This document shows positions 1-10,727 of a stretch of 64,000 nucleotides of DNA, in pieces. The translations under genes were made by a program, and so were the position numbers. Below the pieces are notes generated by a model that was given only the letters and a program-made list of their open reading frames with translations, did no database searches and was not told the origin of the DNA. Numbering within the stretch: position 1 is the first letter of the stretch; each line of letters begins with the position of its first letter. The DNA lies in assembly GCA_021432655.1 (NCBI GenBank), contig MU271253.1, positions 1-64,000 of the forward strand. Reading direction: 5' to 3'. The stretch comes from Atractiella rhizophila. Its lineage: Eukaryota.

Positions 1-1997
1 CTCCGACTTTGGCAGCCACATCCGCAATCTTCCTCCCACTCAACCTCGTCTCCGTCCCCATTCCCCCCTCCGCTCCGCTCCAATCGATCAAAGCGAGGAC
101 TCTGGAGATGCTCAGCTGTCTCCCGACCTTCTTCTCTCTCTTCCCAAACCACAACACCGCCGCTCCAGGGAGGACGAGTAGGGTATAAAGCACGAGTACG
201 GCCCAGAGAAACTCCTTCTGAGCCTTAATGACGAGACCCAGCCTCTGTCCCTCGCTCTGGACCTGTAACACTCCGAAGGGTCCATTGTCGAGATATGCCG
301 TGAGTGCAGCTTGGACCAGAATAGTATAGGTCGCTCCGAGACGGGTGACATTTGCTGGGGTATACGTGAGTATTGCGTTCTGCGCCACTCCGCCTGCCGA
401 GTCAAAAGGAGTGATGATGAACGAGTACGGGTTCGTAGTCGCAAAATCGAGCAGTCCATCCGAAAGGGCGATCTTCATCTGAGTCTCGTCTATGTTTCCA
501 ACGCGATAAGGAAGCGGAGCGTTAGTCAACCAGAGCGTTTTCCCGCTCGCTTCCACATGATGAGACTGGACCAACGTCTGCGGGAGACAAAGGAGCATGG
601 CCAGTTCCGTCGTCTGAGTGTCCCGGTACGTCGTCGCCCATTCTTCTTGAAATACAGACCAGTTGCTTGGGACAGGAGAGACGGGGACGGAGGAGAGGTC
701 GATGTACATTCCCTTGGAGGTCTGGATGGAGTCTAATGGTGCACTTTGGGCAACGACCATGAGCGCGCCGTCAAAGGATGGGACATAGGATTGGGTAACG
801 TTGTCGTATCGGTATATCGTGTCGAGCAGATCGATCGCTGTCCAACTTCTTCAGCATCTCTCCTTTTCGAAACATATAGTGTGGGGGGAAAGAACTAACT
901 TCCAGGAAAGAAAGGCACCTTGCTATAACCAGCAAACCCATCACCAATATAAAAAGTCCGATTCTGCTCAACCTCGAAAATATTATCTCCAACCGGTGGT
1001 CCAACGGTGGGAGCTATCCACTCGCAGGTGTACGCGAAGTACGCTACATCAGTAGGATAACTCTCGCCGTGATCAGAGAGGGAGATGTTGGGGAGGGGCA
1101 CAACCGCGTTTTGGAAAGACCGCGCTATCCGGATCGGCGCGTTGTTGAGAGCGGCGAGGACGTAAACGGTGGAGAGCTCGGAGGAGAGAGAATTGGTGCG
1201 GGTGAAGGGGGCGGAGAGATTGGAGTGGAGGGAGCCAGAGGGGAGGGAGGGAAGACCGATGGTATGCGCTCCGGTCGAGTACCACCCTGTTGTTGCACAA
1301 TATTTGTGGTGAAAAGATGGGAGGAGGGAAGCGAGAACTAACCTGGGACGAGCTGGAGGAGGGAAGGAGCGAGCTCATTCAGTCCAAGACTAATGAGGGC
1401 GCTAACAAAGACAGCCTTGAAAGCTCTCGAACTCCCCGAAAAGTAAGCGAACAGATCAATAGCCTGTCTAAGCGTTCCACCCAAGTTGGACGAGACATGA
1501 TTGAGGTGTTGGAACTCTGCTCCATCTCCTCCCTTCGCTTTCGAGCCGTAACTCGCACTCGACAGCCTCCGATACCACTCTTCGGCTCTGATCCGGTCGA
1601 CGAGGTTGCCGACGAAGAGGAGCGTGATGAAGACCCAGATGTTGGCTGCAGCCGTGAGTGCACCTCTGATCTCGGCCGCTCGATCTGTGGAATGGGAAAC
1701 GATGACATCTGTGTTGATGTAAGAGACGTAGATGCAGAACACCAGATAGAGTATTCCTAGAAGGGAGGGGAGGAAAGAGTCTGCGAGCTTCGAGATTGTT
1801 GATGGCACTTCAGATGCTCGTGGAGGAGTGGGATCGACTGTGTCTATGTCGTAGGTGGGATATTCTTCATCTTTCGTTACGAATATCGCTGGTGTGCTGG
1901 CAGGTGTGGAAGGGAAGGAGGACGTCGAGAAGGCTGGCGAGAGTGGATGATGGTCGTTGGTCTGGTGCAGCGGCACTGCGACATAGTGAGTGGACAT
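1..1997 (-). CDS. Multi-exon hypothetical integral membrane protein, running off the left edge of the window
   Basis: Exon 1 is ORF 1338-1997 (MSTHYVAV..., hydrophobic segments LLGILYLVFCIYVSYI and ANIWVFITLLFV). A GTTAGT..CAG intron near 1340-1288 leads to an exon including the 895-1101 ORF. After another short intron, an open frame from ~830 to position 1 (MVVAQSAPLD...EFLWAVLVLYTLLVLPGAAVLWFGKREKK) carries a C-terminal TM helix and has no stop. Confidence 0.7.
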
Positions 1998-2794
1998 GTC
2001 GTACTAACACCACTAAGCACCAAAGCATGCCAGTGCGGGGGGGAATGAAGGGAAAGATGGTTATAAAGGTCTGGTCTGCTGTTCTCATTTTCGAAGAGCG
2101 GATGAGCTGACACCAACGCCAAACTCAGAGTTGGGATGGGAAGAATGGGCGAACAAACGAATGAATGCAACACACGATCACAATTGGAACATTCATCATC
2201 TCCATTCGGAACACTTCCCCTTCCCGTGTTCCTCCAAGTTCCTTATCTCTCTTGGCGTTGTGTCACTGTCAATGTGTGCTGCGAGAAATACTTGCTCACA
2301 GCATCCAACAGGATGACCAGGCTCACACGACCACGATAGAGCACACTGTTGCGTTACTCATCCATCCCGATATCGATGCTGAACGTGTTTACGACATATC
2401 CTGCTCGCCCACTAACACAGCCCGCAAAGCTCGGCCAGCATCCCAAACGAGCAGTCCTCTTCAAGTCCTCAAGCCGAAAGTGCACATGTGGTCGAAGTTC
2501 TATTGATATCTACAGGGGAAGAAGATGAGAACTTTTGAAGTTTAACGGGAAGTGGGCATCCCTAACCCTACGTCGCGCTTTTTTCTGATGTATTGGATTG
2601 GGTATGGCACTTGATTTCTTGAGTGATCAAGATGAGAACGGAGGAGCCGCTCACGATTCCGACGCGAATGAAGCGGAAGTGGACTCCAAGTATAATAAAC
2701 GACAATTCCATTTCAGGCCAATTCTCTGCTCCTAGTATGCAACAACCTCATCACAGTCCACACAAACACAACCACGGGCATCCCCTCCAAACCA

Positions 2795-3738
2795 TCAACT
2801 CACCCCAGCCGCCGCAAGTCTCTCCGTCAAGAACTGGGTCCCCAAATTCTGGGTGTCTCGATCGAGGGGATAAGCGAGATGCTGAGCGTTGATTGTGAAT
2901 CCACAACAGACCCCATCACCGGGGAAACAGACGTCCAAGGTCTTGCCTGACGAGTCGAAGGCGTCGGATATGCCGGAGGAGAGGCGGGAAGAGATGCCTT
3001 TGCAGGTAGAGGTGGAGTCGCCTATGCCACGCCGTCGCGTTTTAGTCAATGAGGGGAAAACCCAGAGTGACCCTACTCACCTCCCTCGTTGTCGACGTTT
3101 GACGCCTTTCCAGGTGTCCGGTCTGGGTTACCGATCAAGAAGACTCCAGCGACTTTATCGAATGCAGCGCCAGAGATATCTGGCATAGCATCGACGGTCG
3201 CAGCTGCGCCTAAAATATTGAAAAAGATCAATTTATTTGATCCTCTGAGACGTTGGAGCGAGGTACAGACCTTGAGAGTAGCCCAACAACAGATAGACTT
3301 GGTCTGGACAAGAAGTCACGCCGTCGTTGATCGTCTTGAGAATGTCCGCCGTCCCCTCACTGGAATCTTGGTTGAATCCAGCAGGGTACACGGTATCGTG
3401 CTCTGCTCCACCAGGGATCGCTGTTTCAACACCACCAGAAGTGAGATATGCGTCAGGCTCTCTTGACAACGAGAAACGCTTGCCTGCCAAAGTGTTGCGA
3501 ACCATCGTCCTAAATCCCGCACTAGGGCCCTGAGGCTCACCTGTTCCACGGGTGTTGATGATCACTACCCAAAATATCACATCGACGTTCCATCACAGGC
3601 ACGGCAATGGTGAGGAGAAAACGCACGATAACGAGAACAACCCTGACGCTTTCGGAACGCGATGGGTGCTGCACTGGCATTGAAACTGCAAAAGGAGAGG
3701 AGGAGGAAGACGATGGATAGGTTGAACACGGCGAGCAT
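2795..3738 (-). CDS. Secreted cutinase / cutinase-like enzyme (CE5, CLE/PaE type)
   Basis: Signal peptide MLAVFNLSIVFLLLSFCSFNASA and a KR site. Motifs VIINTRGTGEPQGPSAGFRTM, DTVYPAG, nucleophile GYSQG, LDVCFPGDGVC (Asp) and QHLAY (His). Several short introns. Confidence 0.92.
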
Positions 3739-3814
3739 TTTCTCTTCAAGTTGACGAATAATGTCACAATTGAACGATGGCTTGGAAATCCAATATCTGA
3801 GTGGAAAGAAAGGA

Positions 3815-3990
3815 AACAACGGCCCCCCGTAAAAAAAAGGGCCGGAAAAATAAACGAAAAAGCCAAAAGGAAAAAAGGGAAAAAAAAAACCAAATTCCAA
3901 AAACAACCCAAGGCAAAAAAGAAGAACCGGCCCGGAAGAAAAAATGGGCCGCCAACCGGCCCCTTTAAGAAGAAAACGAAGGGTTTTCTT
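3815..3990. other. Homopolymer-inflated low-complexity tract, probably low-quality sequence
   Basis: Dense runs such as aaaaaaaagg, gggaaaaaaaaaac, ggcccc and ccgg, unlike the flanking composition. Confidence 0.6.
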
Positions 3991-5018
3991 CAAGTTCGCG
4001 AGCAGATTTGCTCCATCGACATAGGAGAACATCGCAATGTGGTGGGAGATAGCAAAAACGTTGGGATGTTCGCCGTCGTCAAGGTGCGCAGCTGGGAGAA
4101 GGTAGGCAGGTATCCTTCCGTGGAGCCATCGGTCCTTCTGACCGGCTTCTCATGGAGTGTTTTATCCAACCTATGTGTCCTAGTCCCCTTCCTTGCAGTG
4201 ACAGGCGAAGAGCGTTATACTCGTCCGATTTCTTTTCATGTTTTCAACTTGGAGTTTGGCCCGGGTTTCGCCATCACTGCCAGTGGCATCCATCCTTTCT
4301 TCATGTTCAAATCAAAGCAGAGGATGTCAACCCCAAAACATCCCCGTAACTTCGCTGATAACACCCGTCAATATTGGTTCTTCCTCCACCTCGTCGCTCC
4401 ACCGCCTTAAACTCCAAATTTCGCAAGTGTCAAATAACTTACGTCCACTTTCTCCATCCATCATATATCAAGGAGTCTGATAAAGGATGCTCTAATACCA
4501 GGCGGACAGCAGGAATGAGTCCACTGCATCCTCTCTATGTAAGCATTGCTTTCTCTTTCAGCCCTTTGCTAACTACGATGAATGACTGGCTATAATAACA
4601 TTGTGAAAGATACCCACTTTTCTGCGCTCCCTTCACTGTCGACACCAACAACACCACCACAACCTCTCCCCCACTTTCATTAATTTGCCCAGGCTACCAC
4701 TGCGTTTCTCCTGCTGAAAGTGCCGGCTCTATGCAACGCTCATAAAATGTCCACGATGTGGTCCTTTGCTCGAACCTTGGTTTCAGGACCTGACTTATCC
4801 GTGCTAGCTTCGCTGTGACCACCCTGCTACTCGGTGTCGACGCCTTTCACCAATTCATCAACCGGCCATAATCTCTTGATTGGATGCGCTGAGGACCTGC
4901 TACCGTCCACCTCAGTCGAAGCTCGTAATATAGTCCATGGACTTCATATCATTTCACGAACGCCACATTTCACTCTATCATTTCTGCCCATCCGCATATA
5001 TCTGTTCCCAGCGTTAAG

Positions 5019-5830
5019 ATGGTCGAGATGATTCGATTTCGTTGTGTGACGCACAACGCCGGTATGAATATCGCTTCATTTTTCTTCTCGTCTAACATAT
5101 ATGTATTGGCTATAGTCTGGGACCTTGTCTAGGAGCACCATTGGGCAGTAAAAGAGTTTCATTTCCCAAGAGTCTCACGGACCCAGCTCCACCGCGCTCG
5201 TTATTCTCATCCCCGGAAAACTTCATCGTTGCGCTCCAGCTGTCCATTCTCCCGTCTTTTTATCCATTCTACCCCCGAAATTTCATACACTCCGGATGAC
5301 TTTTGACTTACCTCAGGCTTCCGCAAGGTTCCCTTCGAAGTTGTCCTCTTTCTCATTTGCATGCATCGAACATGTACCCGAGAACGATGGCGTAGCAAAG
5401 CTTTGCATCACTGTCGAACAGAACAATGTCAAAGTAGCCTGTGCGACCGGCAAACGGCACCCTTCACGCGACCGCGACGCTGATCTAGCAGAGTTACCGC
5501 ACAAGTCGTATAGAACCCTTCACTTGCACGTTTCCTCTTCGTCCAGAAAATGGCTCCAAGATCATATTCATCCCCGTCGCAGACTCCTACGCAGGGCGCT
5601 TTCTTCCAATTACAGATCGCACATCACAGCTCCTCACCTATCTATGACAGAGCTAAACACTATCCAACTCGCTCTCGTTAATTCCAGGGTTGCTCCGTGC
5701 TGTATCTCACGGCTACCTATCTAGCTGCTGTCTCTCATGTTCTATTTCGTCATGGTTGACCCAGAGTTCAAATACGACGCAGAGCCCGAGCTCGTTGACG
5801 TTCGACTCTGGACAGCGGTTGATCTCGATC
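5019..5830 (+). pseudogene. Decayed paralog of the 7429-9242 F-box gene
   Basis: Same start ATGGTCGAGATGATTC and the same intron-1 acceptor context (AG|TCTGGG). Homologous peptides ALQLSILPSF, SKLSSFSF...NDGVAKL and ISRLPI*LLSLMF match SLQLSILPSF, SKLSYFSL...TDGVANL and ISRVPIELLSLIF. In-frame stops and frameshifts are present; the 3' end is approximate. Confidence 0.8.
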
Positions 5831-7037
5831 TTGCCCACTCCACAGACCATCACACCTCAAACACCTTACACCTCTTCGAAGGTAACGTCGAATCTAGTTT
5901 CCGCCAGTTCTTCTGAATTCTCGAAATGTAATGGCAATAGACGTCGTAGACAACGATATACCCGCAGAGATCTAGTTCGAAGGCGTTTGGTAGGTAGGGA
6001 TGGCTGTCGTGCCGGCATTTCCGGCTGGACGGGGTCCGGTACCGAGACCGGACACCGTCCGTCCACACAGACGAAAGACGATGAGGTGGACGATGATGAG
6101 GAGGAGGCGTGCACCGTCCCGTCCGCCCCAGAATAACGTGGACGACGGCTTCCGGTAGGACGGTTTGGTTGCATAGAGCGATTTTGGAGTGGAGCTCGGG
6201 CTGCTTGCTGGTGGGTGCAGAAGGTATGTAGCCTTTCCTGCCTAAGTTCTCGGGTGAGTTTGAGATCGAGTCGCGCTTGCAGGCCTTACTACACCTTATT
6301 CAGAGTGTGAAGAAGCCCCGCTCTGTGTCTCCGAAGGTTGGGAAGTCCACCTGCAGCTGGTTCTCACTTGTTGTCGCCTGCCAATGCTAGTTTCAAGTTT
6401 GATTCATTGTGTGAGCACTTTTCTTTCACTGATCCAAGATATTGAAGTGCTGATCATGCCCTTTAGATGTATCAACAATGTAAATGCTGCAATTTTACCC
6501 AAACCTCGTCCGAGCACTCTTTCCCTCATAAAAGCTGCCTCTCCTTCCTTGTTCCATTGTCAACAACCGCCTCGTATTGGGTGCCTTGATCGAAGTTGTC
6601 ATAAGATGGCCGAACCCACCACCAGACCATCACAGCAGCGAACCCTCATTGATATAGTGAAGAAGAATAATGAGGATAACACAGCTCTCAGTGACAAACT
6701 CAACAGGAAGAAGCAAAGGCGGAGTAAGGATCTGTTGCACTTCGTTGGATACGCCAATACTAATCTGATTGGCGAGACTGGCCGTCTAACATTCCTCGCT
6801 ACGAGCATCTCCAGCTTCTCTTAAGTGCCTCTCTCAAGGTTTCGCTCAGGATGGACCGTGAGAACTGAGGCGGGAGATGGAGGAGGCGTTGGAGAATTAG
6901 CAGGAAGTTGAGCATGTCGCAGCTTCGGATCTTGTTATTACGTATTTTAGCTCTCTTTCAACATACACTTGCACTCGTCCTTGCGCCGTCTCTTCGCCCT
7001 TGACCGTCCCGTCCTTCAGGTCGCCCAATCCTCTTTT

Positions 7038-7291
7038 CAGAGGGCGGTAGGTCGGGACGGGACGGGGACGACCAGATCATCGTCCCGTCCGTCGAAGCCT
7101 GAGCCGGCCGCAAACGGGACGATAGCCATCCCTATTGGTAGGGCAAGCAGGGGGCCAGTCCAATTCATTTTTCCTAGGAATTGGGACCGTTGTATTGATA
7201 CGCCTAGCTGTTCTGGTAGACGTCCCCGCGCAAGAAGTTTTCCAATCATATGGAAGACGCAAGAAAGTGCGGGACGTTCGTTCCGCCTCTA
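7038..7291. mobile_element. Possible MITE / non-autonomous DNA-transposon remnant
   Basis: Imperfect terminal inverted repeats (CAGAGGGCGG ... CCGCCTCTA) and repeated GGGAC(G)/(C)GTCCC motifs, including a hairpin at ~7053-7093. No target-site duplication was seen. Confidence 0.35.
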
Positions 7292-7428
7292 ATACCGTGA
7301 CGTGACTACGATCCAGTCGTTCAGGTGAATCTTGGGCGAATATTCCTCCCACAGACAGTCCATCCAGGGTCCACTCTATTTGATGTTTCTTCTCCAGCAT
7401 CTTTTAATATCCATTCATCGCACTGAGA

Positions 7429-9242
7429 ATGGTCGAGATGATTCAGTTTTCGTCCTGTCAGTGTGATAATGCAACGCAGGCAAGTACTATCACTTTTGCT
7501 TTCTTATTCTTCTGACATAGATTTACGGCTCACAGTCTGGGGCCGTTTCAAGGGAGATAATGGAGCGTCAAACACCCATTGCTTGTCATGGGTCTCAGGA
7601 ACCCGACTTGACCGCACTTGTTCACCTCATCACCCCGACAAAATGGAGTACTTCTCTCCAACTTTCCATTCTCCCCTCCTTCCTATCCCACCTATCTCCC
7701 TCAATTCACATGCTCCACATCACCTTTATCTTACCTCTCGGATTCACGGATGAGGCTCCGGCAGCAATGACCTCGAAATTGTCCTATTTCTCTCTTCGAC
7801 ATCTCCAAAACCAAGCCGAAACTGATGGTGTAGCAAATCTTTACATTGGCCTCAACTCAAAAATTGTTGCTGTGGTGGGACGACCTCCTCATGTAATTTC
7901 GGATATACCGCCAGACAAAAGGCTCTTTACTTGCTCATTTGTTCTGCTTCAAGAGAATCGGCATCATTCTATCTCCATCCCCATTGCCATATGCTTCGGA
8001 GTCAACAAGCACTTCGTCTCTATCAGTGATGACGTTCCAGCTACCCACGAATCCCTCCATCATCACACTGCAGCCATAGTACAGCTCTCGCTCTGTCTGA
8101 ATTCAACAGTCATTTACGGCCCCATATCGCGTGTGCCGATCGAGCTCCTCTCTCTCATCTTTGATCTCCTCACCACGCGTGAAACGGAAGACTATCTCGA
8201 CGGATACGAAGCATCTTCCATCCTCTCTGATGTGTGTGAGCTCTGGAGGGTCGCTTCAGCTCCATATTGGGACGAGCCCAATTATGCCAGAGAGAAGCAT
8301 GCTCGCTTGGAGCTGTATCCCGGTGCTGGACGTTTGTGGAGAGCACTAAGGTTAGACGAAGATATCAGCGTTGCGATGGCATGCGAGGTCATCGTGGGCT
8401 CGCCAAATGTTATTCAAGTTTATGTGGATGCCTTTTGGAATCAAGAAGAAGCGAAAATCGTGTTGAATGCGATTGAAGGCTTGAAAGCGGTGGAGGAGAT
8501 CACTTTCGGATATATGGGTTTGAGAAAGTGGAGGAATGAGGAGGTGGAGAGCTTTACGCGGAGGATGAGTGGGAGGATAAGAAAGCTGAACGCTTGTACA
8601 GTCGAGCACTCTGCTTCTCGCTCCTCTGTCCATTCGGCGTTAGGAGGCTTTCAATTACCTCCAGGCATTGTCTCCTTCGAGCTTCAAACATACCCGCCTC
8701 TGCCATTCCTCTCGCTCCCGCCCACCCTCCTAGACCTGGCTCTCGCCAATTCGTGTCCACTCCCTGCCTCCATCTCGGAATCCCGTCTACCACCTCTCCT
8801 AGAGACTCTTTTGCTTAGGCTCACCCCCTTCTCAACTAATGGAAGCACCTCCATTCTACCCACCCCACTCGACTTGTCACACCTTAAACGACTAACCTCC
8901 CTGTTCCTCGACGGTGGCGAGGAGACTTCAAACCTAGTTCCCCATCAGTTCTTCAGAACTCTCAAAACTGCACAAGCGATAGAAAGTATAGAGCTTCTGT
9001 GCTGTATGGTGGACTGGTTCGACTTCCCAGAATTTATCCTCTGGTTCTTTGGAGATCTGCGGGAAAGGGGGCATGCAACTGAAGCCGAATTTGAAGAGGG
9101 GACGAGAGGATTCATTTTGCGTGTTCATTTGTTCTTTGGAGCATGGGAGGTGGAGCAGATACAAATTGCCAGGGGGATAATGAGAAGGTGTGGGGTGAGT
9201 GAGTGCGATGAAAGGGCAAAAGTTTGGGACCACTGGGATTAG
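7429..9242 (+). CDS. F-box domain protein with LRR/RNI-like C-terminal region
   Basis: A 17-codon exon (7429-7479) and a GC-AG intron (7480-7535) splice in frame to the 7560-9242 ORF. F-box signature ISRVPIELLSLIFDLL...LSDVCELWR. Leucine-rich units LPPTLLDLAL, LPPLLETLLL, LSHLKRLTSLFL. Confidence 0.8.
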
Positions 9243-10727
9243 GATGACAATTGATGCGGAACACGAGCAGAGACTCCTAACTTACACTCCAAGGTGGACG
9301 TGACAGCATTTTTCTCCGAACTAGGTCAGAGGTCCGTCCTGACAGGTTCAAGCTGCGAGTTGTGTTAATACTGCTATCTAGGCCATCACAGGCTTGTCAA
9401 CTACTACGAGTAGCTGTATCTTCGAGTTGTCATAAGTGACATTTTATTTAACGTAGAAGAGCTGTCCGTCAATCTATCCGAGTCACTGCCTTACCGTTTA
9501 CTTTCCTTATGCTATCCTGCTTATTATCGCCGAGTTCCTCGCAGGTATTGGAAGAGATCTTTGTGCGAAATGATGATTAGGAAGTGTCGACGGAGTTAAT
9601 TGTACACGATAACAGCACAGTGGATTGTCAACTTCCTCGCTCCTCTGAAGAACGCGCGCGTTGCCATTGCTGGTGTCTCTCCGCCAGCACCCTGTTGTAC
9701 CAGTCATGCCTCCACTACCTCTGCGGCTCCCGGACGCCGGGGTTGAGGAGTTGTTTAAGGCAGTTGTCGGGTGCTATCGAATGGGCCAGAGGATTTGATG
9801 AAGGCTGCGATGTAGGTTTGGAACCTGATTGAGGTGCAGGGGTTAACAGCGGAAAGGGAGAAACGAAGTGAGAAATGGGAGGCAGGAGCATGGATGAGGC
9901 AGAATGAGCGGAAGGATTTTCGATTGCCTAGTCTCTACTTTGTCTTTCGAGTATACGGGAATGGACGCGAGGATGGCCTACCAAGGATTTTCTGGAAGGA
10001 GAGGAAAGAGTGAAGGGCTCCCGCAGATACTCTGAATCGCCAAGCTGCCACGTTTTACTGTTCCCGAAGGGTTCTGGTAGCTTCGCGAGAAGCGAGCACG
10101 GTTCCGTCAGCGCGTTAATCGTGTTGGCAGGTAGTAAGAGGAAAGCGGAGAAGAATGCTTACCAGTCAACTGTAGCGACTGTGACTGTGGGCAAGGCGTT
10201 CTGGAGTGGAAGAGGGCAGGGGAGAAGCGCGAAGTGCGATATTACGAGTCATGTGAGAGAGTTTGGATTGAGAGGAAAGCTGCTCTGAAAGTTAGAGCGA
10301 GATGGGAGGGAGGTTGGGTGAAAGTGGAGCTGTGTTGTCAGGTCAGTAGTAAGGCCAGTACCCGAGGTTAGTGAATCCTATTCAAAACGAAGTCATGCCC
10401 AGGCTCATGAAAGGAGGAAGCTAGGCATACTGTCACGAAGATGATGTTACTGAATGGAACTAGGTCGGGCACTTCGTGATGCGCAGAAACATACTCACAG
10501 GAAGAACCAGTGAGGAGGACAATGACAGTTGCCATCGAACCCTATCGGAGGACGACTGTCGGAGAAGGTCAGAGTAACAGAATGTTCAGCCTTGATCTCA
10601 CAGTCCCTCAAGGACTTGGTTTGACGAGTTGATGATTAGGTAGTAATGAACTAAGATGATTAATGGTACAGGATAAAATACATCTAAAAAGAAGGCAAAC
10701 AACTGCTGGATTTGAACAAAGTTCACA

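Noticed and set aside
2560..2570. CCCTAACCCTA telomere-like sequence
   Set aside because: Fewer than two full units; expected by chance.
3751..4410. 219-aa Lys-rich plus-strand ORF
   Set aside because: The N-terminal half derives from the homopolymer tract and it has no recognisable motif.
6606..6960. Possible small gene MAEPTTRPSQQ...
   Set aside because: Could not build a convincing spliced model; no motif.
9600..10260. Minus-strand ATG exon with a GTAAGC donor
   Set aside because: Downstream frames contain stops and show no recognisable homology.
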